46,850 nt of DNA, from assembly GCA_965602215.1 (NCBI GenBank), contig CBFCYS010000001.1:1-46850 (forward strand), in the 5' to 3' direction. Numbering within the stretch: the stretch's first letter is position 1; each line of letters opens with the position of its first letter. Position numbers and translations under genes: made by a program. Below the pieces are notes generated by a model. The model did no database searches. It saw only the letters and a program-made list of their open reading frames with translations, and was not told the origin of the DNA. Shown in pieces: positions 1-7,609 of the stretch. Source of the DNA: an uncultured bacterium (lineage in GTDB: Bacteria > RBG-13-66-14 > B26-G2 > WVWN01).

Positions 1-1028
1 GTAAACGTCGCCGCCGCCAGCGCGTGGTTGGTGCAAATATTCGACGTCGCTTTTTCGCGGCGTATGTGCTGCTCGCGCGTTTGCAGCGTCAGGACGTACC
101 CGGGCTTACCTTCCGCGTCCGTCGTCTTGCCTACGAGGCGGCCGGGCATCTGGCGCAAAAACTCGCGGCGGGTGGCGAAGAATCCCACGCCCGGGCCGCC
201 GAAGGACGGGGCTATGCCGAAGCTCTGCCCCTCCCCCACGACGACGTCGGCGCCGAACTTGCCGGGAGGCGACAGCGTCGCCAACGCCAGCGGTTCGGTT
301 ACGGCCACGACGAGGAGCGCCCCCTCGCGATGGCAAATCTCGGCGACGTCCGCGAGCCTCGTTTCCACCAACCCGAAGAAGTTCGGATACTGCATTACGA
401 AACACCCGGCGTCGCCCAGCGAGCCGCTAAGGCGGTTGAGGTCCACCGTGCCGCCCGGCTCGTACGGCGCGCAACAGGGCAGCGTCGCGGCCTCGACGCC
501 CGGGATGTTGGTCAGATACGTTTCGACGACGCGCCGGTACTCCGGGTGCAGGTTGGGGGCCATAACCACCCGCGACCTTTCCTTCTTGAGCCGCAGGCAC
601 ATGAGCGCCGCCTCCGCGGCCGCGGTCGCGCCGTCGTACATCGACGCGTTCGCGACCTCCATCCCGGCGAGGGCCGCGACGTACGTCTGGAATTCGAATA
701 TTATCGCCAGCGTACCCTGACTTACCTCGGGCTGGTACGGCGTGTAGGCGGTGTAGAACTGACTCTGGCCTACGAGGTGTCGCACCGCCGCCGGGACGAA
801 GTGGTCGTAGCAGCCGGCGCCGAGGAACGAGAGGCGGTCGGTGCGGTTCGAGCCGGCGAGCTCCGCCATATGGCGTACGAGCGCCGGCTCGGCCAAAGGT
901 TGCGGCAAATCGAAGTCGACCCGCAGGAGCTCGTCGGGCAACGGCTCGAAGAGGTCGTCGACGGCGCCGACGCCGATTTCTCCGAGCATCTTTTCAACTG
1001 TTTCGTCGTCGTGGGGAACGTACGGCAT
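1..1028 (-). CDS. gcvPA: Glycine dehydrogenase (decarboxylating) subunit 1 (GcvPA), C-terminus beyond window edge
   Basis: Absent from the ORF track because it runs off the edge. My minus-strand translation from ATG 1028..1026 (GGAGGAAG upstream) reads MPYVPHDDETVEKMLGEIGV...LSFLGAGCYDHFVPAAV...YTPYQPEVSQGTL...ANASMYDGATAAAEA...REKATSNICTN. This matches P-protein subunit 1 and follows gcvT-gcvH on the same strand. Confidence 0.85.
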   Translation of the reverse strand, partial: MPYVPHDDETVEKMLGEIGVGAVDDLFEPLPDELLRVDFDLPQPLAEPALVRHMAELAGSNRTDRLSFLGAGCYDHFVPAAVRHLVGQSQFYTAYTPYQPEVSQGTLAIIFEFQTYVAALAGMEVANASMYDGATAAAEAALMCLRLKKERSRVVMAPNLHPEYRRVVETYLTNIPGVEAATLPCCAPYEPGGTVDLNRLSGSLGDAGCFVMQYPNFFGLVETRLADVAEICHREGALLVVAVTEPLALATLSPPGKFGADVVVGEGQSFGIAPSFGGPGVGFFATRREFLRQMPGRLVGKTTDAEGKPGYVLTLQTREQHIRREKATSNICTNHALAAATF

Positions 1029-1061
1029 TAAGGTCTTCCTCCAAAGAGCATTTTAACCGTT

Positions 1062-1089
1062 AAACAAAACGAGGGGCCGCAACCCCTCG
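1062..1089 (-). terminator. Intra-operon hairpin plus T-tract between gcvH and gcvPA (terminator or attenuator candidate)
   Basis: On the minus strand: CGAGGGG-ttgcgg-CCCCTCG (7-bp GC-rich stem) followed directly by TTTTGTTT. It lies between the gcvH stop (1145) and the gcvPA start (1028). Confidence 0.5.
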
Positions 1090-1144
1090 CCGGCGAGGAA
1101 GCGCGGCCAGCCGACGGCCGGCCGGCGCGGCGCACCCTAAATTA

Positions 1145-1522
1145 TTAAGCTCCGATGAATTCTTTATATTCCGCCGCGTTTTTGAGGTTTTCTACTTCCG
1201 AGGGGTCTTTCAACTCCACCTTTACGAGCCACCCGTCGCCGTAGCAATCGCGGTTGACCAGGGCGGGGTCCTGACTCACGGCGTCGTTTACGTCGACCAC
1301 TTTTCCGGAAAGGGGCGCGTTGAGGTCGGACGCCGCCTTCACCGATTCCACGACGCCGAACTCGCCGCCCGCCGTCACTTCGGCGCCGACTCCCGGCAGC
1401 TCCAAATACACGATGTCGCCCAGTTCCGACTGGGCGTGGTCAGTAAGGCCCACGGTCGCGACGTTACCGTCGACTTTCGCCCACTCGTGCGTCTCCGCGT
1501 AACTCAGGTCTTCGGGGTCCAC
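1145..1522 (-). CDS. gcvH: Glycine cleavage system H protein
   Basis: 125 aa. It has the lipoyl-lysine motif VESVKAASD and the conserved YAETHEW and GDGWL segments. GTG start with AAGGAG upstream. Confidence 0.93.
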   Translation of the reverse strand: MDPEDLSYAETHEWAKVDGNVATVGLTDHAQSELGDIVYLELPGVGAEVTAGGEFGVVESVKAASDLNAPLSGKVVDVNDAVSQDPALVNRDCYGDGWLVKVELKDPSEVENLKNAAEYKEFIGA

Positions 1523-1548
1523 CCGCAGCTCCTTTCCAACGGCGAATC

Positions 1549-2652
1549 CTAGCTCCCGCCGATAAGCTTTAAAAAAGGCGTTTCGACGACGCGCGCCAAT
1601 CGCGGCTTGTTGCGGATGTCGACCAGTATCTCGGTCCCGACGTCGTCGTACGGCAGCTCGAGGTAGCCCAGGCCGATGTTTTCGCGCAAGCTGGGGGAAT
1701 ACGACCCGGACGTAACGCGGCCAATACTTTTCTCTTCTATATTTATTATACCGTAGTCGTGGCGGGGTATGCCCGGGTCCACCATAACGAAACCGGCCAG
1801 CTTCCGTTTGACGCCGTCGTTCTTCTGTGCGATCAGGGTTTCCTTGCCTACAAAATCGCCCTTATCGAACTTGACGGTCCAACGGATGTCCGCCTCCAAA
1901 GGCGTCGTGCTCTCGTCGATGTCGTACCCGTAAAGGCAGTACTTCATCTCGAGCCGAAGGGTATCGCGAGCGCCCAGGCCGACCGGAACGCCTCCTATCC
2001 CCGTCGTCAGGTCGAAGAGCACGTCCCACACTTCTCCGGCACGCGCGGCGTCCACGTACACTTCGAAGCCATCCTCGCCGGTGTAGCCGGTGCGGGAGAG
2101 GCGAATAGGTATGTCGTCTATTACGGAAAATTCGAACTGGTAGTAACGGATTTCGTTCAGGTCTTGCGCCAGGGCCTCCGTCATTATCGCCTCCGACTGC
2201 GGCCCCTGTACCGCAACGAGCGCCGTTTGGAGCGATTTATCCTCGACCGTCAAACTCTTGGGAAGGTGGCTTACGACCCAGCCGTAATCCTTTTCGATGT
2301 TGGAAGCGTTCACGACGAGCATGAACGCCTCGTCCTCGTCGCGGTACACCAGAATATCGTCGACGATGCCGCCTTGAGGAGTGCAGACGGGCGTGTACAA
2401 CGCCTTCCCAATCTTCAACTTCTCTACGTTATTCGCGACGAGTTTGTTCAACGCCGCGGGGGCGCCCTTGCCGGAGACGTGGAACTCGCCCATGTGGCTC
2501 AGGTCGAAGATGCCGGCGTTCTCGCGTACCGTGACGTGCTCGTCGATAATGCCCGAGTATTGCACCGGCATGACGAACCCGGCGAACTCGACCATTTTAC
2601 CGCCGAGCGACACGTGCCTGTCGTACAGGGGCGTCTTTATAGCTTTTCCCAT
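1549..2652 (-). CDS. gcvT: Glycine cleavage system aminomethyltransferase T
   Basis: 367 aa. KTPLYD...H..LGGKMVEFAGF.MPVQY...EH..VRE.AGIFD.SHMG is the typical GcvT N-terminus, and the gene sits directly upstream of gcvH. Confidence 0.93.
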   Translation of the reverse strand: MGKAIKTPLYDRHVSLGGKMVEFAGFVMPVQYSGIIDEHVTVRENAGIFDLSHMGEFHVSGKGAPAALNKLVANNVEKLKIGKALYTPVCTPQGGIVDDILVYRDEDEAFMLVVNASNIEKDYGWVVSHLPKSLTVEDKSLQTALVAVQGPQSEAIMTEALAQDLNEIRYYQFEFSVIDDIPIRLSRTGYTGEDGFEVYVDAARAGEVWDVLFDLTTGIGGVPVGLGARDTLRLEMKYCLYGYDIDESTTPLEADIRWTVKFDKGDFVGKETLIAQKNDGVKRKLAGFVMVDPGIPRHDYGIINIEEKSIGRVTSGSYSPSLRENIGLGYLELPYDDVGTEILVDIRNKPRLARVVETPFLKLIGGS

Positions 2653-2666
2653 AAAGTTATCGCCCC

Positions 2667-3833
2667 TTACAACGACTTCAGCGCTTCGGCCAAACGACCT
2701 ATCGCCTTTTCAAGATTTTCAACGGAGTTGGCGTACGAGAACCTGATGTACCCCTTCCCGTACTCGCCGAAGGACGTGCCGGCCAGACAAGCCACGCCGG
2801 CCTCATTCAGGAAATAATCCGCGAGCCACTTCTCGTCCTTGCCGGTGCCCGTGATATTCGGGAAGACGTAGAACGCGCCCCTGGGCTTCTTGCAGGTAAC
2901 GCCCTCGAGCGAGTTAAGGCCGTCGACGATGACGTCCCGCCGCTCGCGGAACGCCTCGACCATCTTCGCGGAATCGTCCTGGGGCCCGGTCAAACCCTCG
3001 ATACCCGCGATCTGCGCGAACGAGCACGTACACGAGTTGGAGTTGGTCATAAGGCGCGTTACGTGCGGCGCCAGTTCGGCGGGCATCGCGCCCCAACCCA
3101 TACGCCAGCCGGTCATGGCGTACGTCTTGGAATAACCGTCGATGAGAACGGTGCGCTCCTTCATACCGGGGAAGGTGGCGATGGAGTGATGCTCGCCCTC
3201 GTAAATTATGCGGTTATATACTTCGTCGGTTAAAACGATGAGGTCGTGTTTTATCGCGAGCTCGGCGATGGCGGTGAGGTCGTCCTTCGTGAGGACGCCG
3301 CCGGTCGGGTTCTGCGGCGAGTTGACGACCACCATCCGCGTCTTGTCCGTGACGAGCGATGCCAACTCGTTTACGTCGAGGCGGAAGTCCAGCTCCTCGC
3401 GCAGTTGCACCGGCACCGCCTTCGCGCCGATATAATTAATCATGGATTCGTAGATGGGGAAACCGGGATTCGGGTATATTACCTCGTCGCCTTCTTCGAC
3501 GCAGGCCAGAATGGTGAAGAACATTATCGGTTTGGCCCCGGGGACGACGACGATTTCGTCCGGCGAGTAATCGAGGTCCCAAAGTCGCTTCATGTACTTC
3601 GAGATGGTCTCGCGGTGCTCGGGCAGGCCGGCGCTGGGGCCGTAATGGGTCCAGCCCTGGTCGAGCGCTTTCTTCGCCGCCTCGCGGATATTAACCGGCG
3701 TATCGAAGTCCGGTTCGCCGATCTCGAGGTGTACGATGTCACGCCCTTCGCACTCGAGCTTCTTCGCTTTGGCTAAAACCTCGAAAGCCGTCTCGGTTCC
3801 GAGCCGGCCCATGCGTTTAGCTATGTACATCAC
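2667..3833 (-). CDS. PLP-dependent aminotransferase, class I/II (aspartate/aromatic aminotransferase-like)
   Basis: 388 aa. It has NSPQNPTGGVL and the PLP-lysine context GYSKTYAMTGWRMGW. The stop is 14 nt upstream of the gcvT start, so the two are probably co-transcribed. Confidence 0.85.
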   Translation of the reverse strand: MMYIAKRMGRLGTETAFEVLAKAKKLECEGRDIVHLEIGEPDFDTPVNIREAAKKALDQGWTHYGPSAGLPEHRETISKYMKRLWDLDYSPDEIVVVPGAKPIMFFTILACVEEGDEVIYPNPGFPIYESMINYIGAKAVPVQLREELDFRLDVNELASLVTDKTRMVVVNSPQNPTGGVLTKDDLTAIAELAIKHDLIVLTDEVYNRIIYEGEHHSIATFPGMKERTVLIDGYSKTYAMTGWRMGWGAMPAELAPHVTRLMTNSNSCTCSFAQIAGIEGLTGPQDDSAKMVEAFRERRDVIVDGLNSLEGVTCKKPRGAFYVFPNITGTGKDEKWLADYFLNEAGVACLAGTSFGEYGKGYIRFSYANSVENLEKAIGRLAEALKSL

Positions 3834-3903
3834 GTTCTCCTATCGGTTAATGAACGCAAAACCTAATGAACCCGGGAGTAAATCACGTTTCGGTTTGAGC
3901 TCG

Positions 3904-3932
3904 AAGCTACCACACAGTTATTAGAAAGTCAA
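3904..3932 (-). promoter_or_regulatory. Candidate sigma70-type promoter for the aminotransferase-gcvTH-PA operon
   Basis: Minus strand TTGACT-17 nt-TAGCTT, about 70 nt upstream of ATG 3833. The -10 element is only a moderate match. Confidence 0.3.
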
Positions 3933-3984
3933 GATTGATTTTGGAAAAAAGCCCCGTGGTGCCTAAAACCGTCCGCGGTCCCCG

Positions 3985-4641
3985 CTAGGCGCCCGCGAAG
4001 AAAGGGTTGTGCTTTCGCTCCTCGCCCACCGTCGTCGGCGGCCCGTGGCCGGCGAACACGTCCGTCTTCGCCGGCAGCGTTAGGATCTTCGTTTTGATCG
4101 AGGATATCAACGTCCGCTCGTCGCCGCCGCACAGGTCCGTCCGGCCAATGGAACCGGCGAAGAGCGCGTCGCCGCTGAACACCAGGCCGTCGCCTACCAG
4201 CGAGATGCCTCCCGCAGTATGCCCCGGCGTATTTACCACCTTCAAGCCGACTTCCGCGACCTCGTCCCCCTCCCGCAACAGGACGTCCGCCGCCGGGGAT
4301 ACGGCGTAGCACTCCTGGAACATCGCCACGGCCTCCAGGCCGATAATAAGCGCGTCCTGGCGATGGAGGGCCTCGGCGCCCGGGCCGAGGTAGGGCGCGT
4401 CCCCCTCTCCTATATATATAGGTACGCCCAATAACTCCTTTAACGCGCCGTTGCCGCCGGTGTGGTCGAGGTGGCCGTGGGTATTTATTATCGCGACGGC
4501 CTCCAGCTCGAGCGCGCGGAGGTGGCCGGCGATTTCGTCGGCGTCCGAAGCCGGGTCTACGACGACGGCGCGTTTCCCGTCGTACGAGAAGATGTAGCAA
4601 TTGGTGCCGACCGGCCCGAGTTGAAGCGTTTCAATAAGCAC
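3985..4641 (-). CDS. MBL-fold metallo-hydrolase (glyoxalase II-like)
   Basis: 218 aa. It has the metal motif THGHLDHTGG, then NTPGHTAGG and a later GD..F. GTG start. Confidence 0.85.
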   Translation of the reverse strand: MLIETLQLGPVGTNCYIFSYDGKRAVVVDPASDADEIAGHLRALELEAVAIINTHGHLDHTGGNGALKELLGVPIYIGEGDAPYLGPGAEALHRQDALIIGLEAVAMFQECYAVSPAADVLLREGDEVAEVGLKVVNTPGHTAGGISLVGDGLVFSGDALFAGSIGRTDLCGGDERTLISSIKTKILTLPAKTDVFAGHGPPTTVGEERKHNPFFAGA

Positions 4642-4647
4642 GGTCGG

Positions 4648-4676
4648 ATATTAATATTGCCGGACAGGGTTGTCAA
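4648..4676 (-). promoter_or_regulatory. Candidate promoter placing the TSS at the MBL GTG start (leaderless candidate)
   Basis: Minus strand TTGACA(4676..4671)-17 nt-TAATAT(4653..4648). Only 6 nt (ccgacc) separate the -10 from GTG 4641 and no SD is possible. Confidence 0.4.
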
Positions 4677-4742
4677 GGCAAGTGGTATCGTCGAGCTCCA
4701 CAGGAGTGGGTTAGCCCAGCCCCGCGGAAAACCAAATAGAAA

Positions 4743-4762
4743 GGCGCGCCCGGCGGCGCGCC
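4743..4762. terminator. Strong GC hairpin (bidirectional terminator candidate) downstream of the O-methyltransferase operon
   Basis: GGCGCGCC-cggc-GGCGCGCC gives an 8-bp perfect stem. It is flanked by A/T runs on both sides (minus strand: ...TTTCTATTTGGTTTT) and lies 40 nt past stop 4803. Confidence 0.6.
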
Positions 4763-4802
4763 CTTTATTATACGAGAACTATTCCGGCGGCGCGGGGAGT
4801 AT

Positions 4803-5405
4803 CTACCCTATATCCACCTTGACCGTCCACGACAGGCCGTTGCCTATCTCGAGCACCGTCGTCGCCGCGGCCGGCAAACGGCGCAGCCACTCCAGGAAAG
4901 GATTTATCACGTCGGCGTGCGAGAGGACGTTGTCGGCCACCAGCGACGCGCCGGCCGCGAGCCGGGGCCATAACAACTCGCCGTACGCCACGTACTCGTC
5001 CTTCTCGCCGTCGACGAAGGCGAGGTCGAACGGTTCGTCGAGCGTCGCGAGCGTATCGCGCGCGTCGCCCTTTATTATCTCGACGAGGTCGGCGACGCCG
5101 GCCGATTCTATATGTTCGTTCGCCACGTCTATTATGTCGGGGTTTTTCTCCAACGTTACGAGGGAGCCCCCCGTCTCCGCGCACGCCCGCGCCAACCACA
5201 ACGTCGAGTAACCCGCGCTGGTGCCCACTTCCACCGTACGCCGCGCGCGCGTCGCCAGCCCCAGCAGGAAAATGAACTCCGCCGAGTGGGGGTGGAGCGC
5301 CCGGAAGCGCTGCCGGGGCGGCAGCCCCGCGCGCCGCTGGCGCCCGTCCTCCAGCCGGACCGCGGCCTCGACCAACCGCCACGCCTCCAAGTCGAAATTC
5401 GACAT
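4803..5405 (-). CDS. Class I SAM-dependent O-methyltransferase (family 3 / caffeoyl-CoA OMT-like)
   Basis: 200 aa. It has the SAM-binding motif VEVGTSAGYSTLWLA, followed by LVTLE...D and AFVDGEK. Confidence 0.8.
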   Translation of the reverse strand: MSNFDLEAWRLVEAAVRLEDGRQRRAGLPPRQRFRALHPHSAEFIFLLGLATRARRTVEVGTSAGYSTLWLARACAETGGSLVTLEKNPDIIDVANEHIESAGVADLVEIIKGDARDTLATLDEPFDLAFVDGEKDEYVAYGELLWPRLAAGASLVADNVLSHADVINPFLEWLRRLPAAATTVLEIGNGLSWTVKVDIG

Positions 5406-5407
5406 GG

Positions 5408-5818
5408 TTACTCCTCTACTTTAGCATCTACGCCGTAAAGGTCCCGCGCCGGGTCGAACTCGAGGTCGAAGCCGAGCGTCATGTCCCACGTCGAGCTGGG
5501 CATATCCCACGTAAGGACCTCCTCGCGTATCGCCTCGGCAAAAGCCGGGTCGCCTATGGTGTCGCTTTCGATCTCGACCGCGGTCACCGTACCGTCCGCG
5601 GCTATCGTCAGGTTAGGATGGAGCGTCCCCGCCGGGCCGTCGGCGCCGAAGTGCGATAGGTATATCTCCTTCAGCCGCGGTTGCTTCTGCGCCAGGAGGA
5701 CCGCGAGCTCCACCGTCCACGAAAGGGCGCCGGTCAAAGCGTCCCAAAAGCCGGCGGCGGCGGGGGCGACGACGGCCGCTAGCAACAATACCGTTAGAAG
5801 CACTCTCGCTCTAGCCAT
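5408..5818 (-). CDS. Small secreted protein with a TonB C-terminal-like domain
   Basis: I trimmed track ORF 5408..6019 to the internal ATG 5818, giving MARARVLLTVLLLAAVVAPAAAG (signal peptide). The ATG overlaps the upstream stop as TAATG. The C-terminal part, LTIAADGTVTAVEIESDTIGDPAFAEAIREEVLTWDMP, resembles TonB_C. Confidence 0.5.
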   Translation of the reverse strand: MARARVLLTVLLLAAVVAPAAAGFWDALTGALSWTVELAVLLAQKQPRLKEIYLSHFGADGPAGTLHPNLTIAADGTVTAVEIESDTIGDPAFAEAIREEVLTWDMPSSTWDMTLGFDLEFDPARDLYGVDAKVEE

Positions 5819-6471
5819 TAGGAAGCCTTTCTGCCGCGTAGCGCGAAATGCGGGTGCGGGTAACCACGGGTTAAATCGAACGTCTCCACTTCCAGGCCCG
5901 CCCGTTCCATCGCGACGCGGTAATCGTCGCCCGCGCGCAGGAATATCCCGGCGCCCTCCGTCAGGCCCAGGACGCGCACCGCGAGCCACTCCTGAAAGTA
6001 ACACCAACGCCGTTTCCAAACCGGCCGGTCCGTCATCTCTTTAATTATAAGGTACCCGCCCGGGCGCAGCCTGGCCGCCGCGAGGAGGATAAGCTCGTCC
6101 CGGCGGCCCGGCGGCAGAAGGTACAACATGTCCACAACGGCGACCGCATCGAACGGGCCCCGGCTCTCCACGTACGCGTACGCGTCGTCGAGTACGAACG
6201 CTACGCCCTCCCGGCCGGCGGCGGTTTTGACGGCCGCGTTAACCTTTCTCTCGTCAGCGTCCACGCCGACGACGTCGAGGCCGGGCCGGCGCGCCTTCAG
6301 GACATTCACGAAGACGCCGGCGGAACAACCAAGTTCGACGACACTCACGACGTCCGGCGGCACGAGCGCGGCTACCTTCTCGAGCGGCGCCGTCGCGTAA
6401 CGGATTCGCGCGTAAAGGCGGTCGCGTAAAGAAAGGCCGGCGTAGAGAGGTGCGATATCCGCGTACGGCAT
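5818..6471 (-). CDS. Class I SAM-dependent methyltransferase
   Basis: 217 aa. Motif I is VVELGCSAGVF, then VGVDADE, and motif post-II is LRPGGYLIIKE. Confidence 0.75.
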   Translation of the reverse strand: MPYADIAPLYAGLSLRDRLYARIRYATAPLEKVAALVPPDVVSVVELGCSAGVFVNVLKARRPGLDVVGVDADERKVNAAVKTAAGREGVAFVLDDAYAYVESRGPFDAVAVVDMLYLLPPGRRDELILLAAARLRPGGYLIIKEMTDRPVWKRRWCYFQEWLAVRVLGLTEGAGIFLRAGDDYRVAMERAGLEVETFDLTRGYPHPHFALRGRKAS

Positions 6472-6530
6472 CTTCTACCGGGCCCTCCCGACCCCCTCCC
6501 GATAACATACCGTCGGGCCGGGTGTCAATA

Positions 6531-6556
6531 AATAAAAAGGGCCGGCGGACCGGCCC
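6531..6556 (-). terminator. Rho-independent terminator of the Sec-candidate gene
   Basis: Minus strand GGGCCGG-tccg-CCGGCCC followed by TTTTTATTTATT, 18 nt after stop 6574. Confidence 0.65.
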
Positions 6557-6573
6557 CACGGGGGAAATCGTCG

Positions 6574-7464
6574 TTAATGGAAAGTTGCTCTAACCTTCCC
6601 GAAAGACGTCGGCTCAACCGTTACCGTACCGGTATTAAAATGCCACTCGTACGTCGGCATGACGTTATTAAACAAGTCCTTACCGTCCACCTTAACCGTA
6701 ACTCGAGTTTCGGCAGGTAGGGGACTAGTGGGGTCGAATTCTAACCGGAAGTCGAGGAAATTTCCCGTAAGGGTTAATTTTCCGGAAACGGCCGCGTCAT
6801 CGGGCACCGTGACCGCCATCTTTACCGAAGCGCGGTCGACGCCCGAACCGTCCTCCTTCAGGTTCACGGCTATGTTCGTGTTAACGTTGACGCCCGTCGC
6901 GTTGGGAGTAGGGCTTGGGCTGTGGCAATAAGGCGCCTTGGTATCGCCGTTTATGGTGCGCCGGAGCGCCTTGACGATCTCGGCCTCGTTGAAGCTGTAA
7001 GCCTCCATCCAGTAGATCTTGCCGGTGGTGCCGACGACCGAGGTCTGACTGTACCAACTGTTTATCCGCCAATTGTAGAAGTCGGTCGTTTCGGCGTCGA
7101 GGAAGTCTTGCGGCAAGGTGCGGCCGTAGTGCAAATACTTGTAACGGTATTGCGTGTAAGCGTCGTCATAACCGTTGTAAGATATAACCTCTACGCCGGC
7201 ACCCTCGTTATGGTGCTTGTTGTACAGGCTTTCGAGCTGACCCAGCTCGACGATGCACGGACCTCAAGAGGCTTTCCAGTGGACGACTACGACGCCTTTG
7301 CCGTGGTAAGAATTAATATTTAACCAAGGGCCGTGATAGGTGGGCGGAACGTTGTTGATGGTATAGTTGGCCAACGCCGGATGGTCGTCGCCGACCTGGA
7401 GAGGGATCGCGCCGCCGGCCGTCAGCGCCAACGCCGCGGCCGTAAAAAACAACTTCCTGCCCAT
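6574..7464 (-). CDS. Secreted thioredoxin-fold (TlpA/ResA-like) thiol:disulfide oxidoreductase with an in-frame UGA (candidate selenocysteine, U-G-P-C), a C-terminal Ig-like (SbsA/Big_5-like) domain and a conserved tail
   Basis: Track ORFs 7264..7641(-) and 6574..7134(-) share one frame and are separated only by TGA 7266..7264. Read-through gives ...YHGKGVVVVHWKAS-U-GPCIVELGQLESLYNKHHNEGAGVEVISYN.... The real start is ATG 7464 (GGAGGT upstream, signal peptide MGRKLFFTAAALALTAGGA). 296 codons. Confidence 0.6.
7233..7249 (-). promoter_or_regulatory. Candidate bacterial SECIS hairpin
   Basis: RNA sense: UGA-14 nt-CGAGCUG-GGU-CAGCUCG. This is a perfect 7-bp stem with G/U in the apical loop, and the loop is about 24 nt from the U of UGA. 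Confidence 0.45.
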
Positions 7465-7501
7465 ATAGATACCTCCAGTTTTAGCGACTGTTCCTATAAA
7501 C

Positions 7502-7530
7502 AATTTAGCCGAGAATTCGCCGCCCGTCAA
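7502..7530 (-). promoter_or_regulatory. Candidate promoter of the Sec-candidate gene
   Basis: Minus strand TTGACG(7530..7525)-17 nt-TAAATT(7507..7502), about 38 nt upstream of ATG 7464. Confidence 0.4.
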
Positions 7531-7553
7531 GGGAAAATAATCAACTACGTTAT

Positions 7554-7573
7554 ATATGCGTCGGATATGCGTC
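7554..7573. repeat. Tandem direct repeat ATATGCGTC-gg-ATATGCGTC (11-nt period)
   Basis: Exact 9-nt repeat at 7554..7562 and 7565..7573, located 24-48 nt upstream of the candidate -35 of the Sec-candidate gene. Confidence 0.3.
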
Positions 7574-7609
7574 AAAAAAAACCTACGGCCTGGGCGGCGG
7601 TAAACCGAA

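Noticed and set aside
24-1031. 335-aa plus-strand ORF covering the start of the window
   Set aside because: It is Arg/Ala-rich and has no recognisable motifs. The opposite strand encodes a clean GcvPA N-terminus in operon order after gcvT-gcvH. This is a shadow ORF typical of high-GC DNA.
3834-3984. Glycine riboswitch upstream of the gcv genes; T-box or leader elements upstream of thrS and lysS
   Set aside because: I could not recognise the conserved glycine-riboswitch core in the leader. gcvT has only a 14-nt spacer, the thrS leader is about 20 nt, and lysS overlaps the upstream gene. A covariance-model scan would be needed to be certain.
7264-7266. Alternative genetic code (UGA=Gly or Trp) as the explanation for the in-frame TGA
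   Set aside because: RF2 is present with its UGA-dependent frameshift, and several conserved genes of normal length terminate at TGA. A simple nonsense pseudogene cannot be excluded and is stated as the refuting scenario in the finding.
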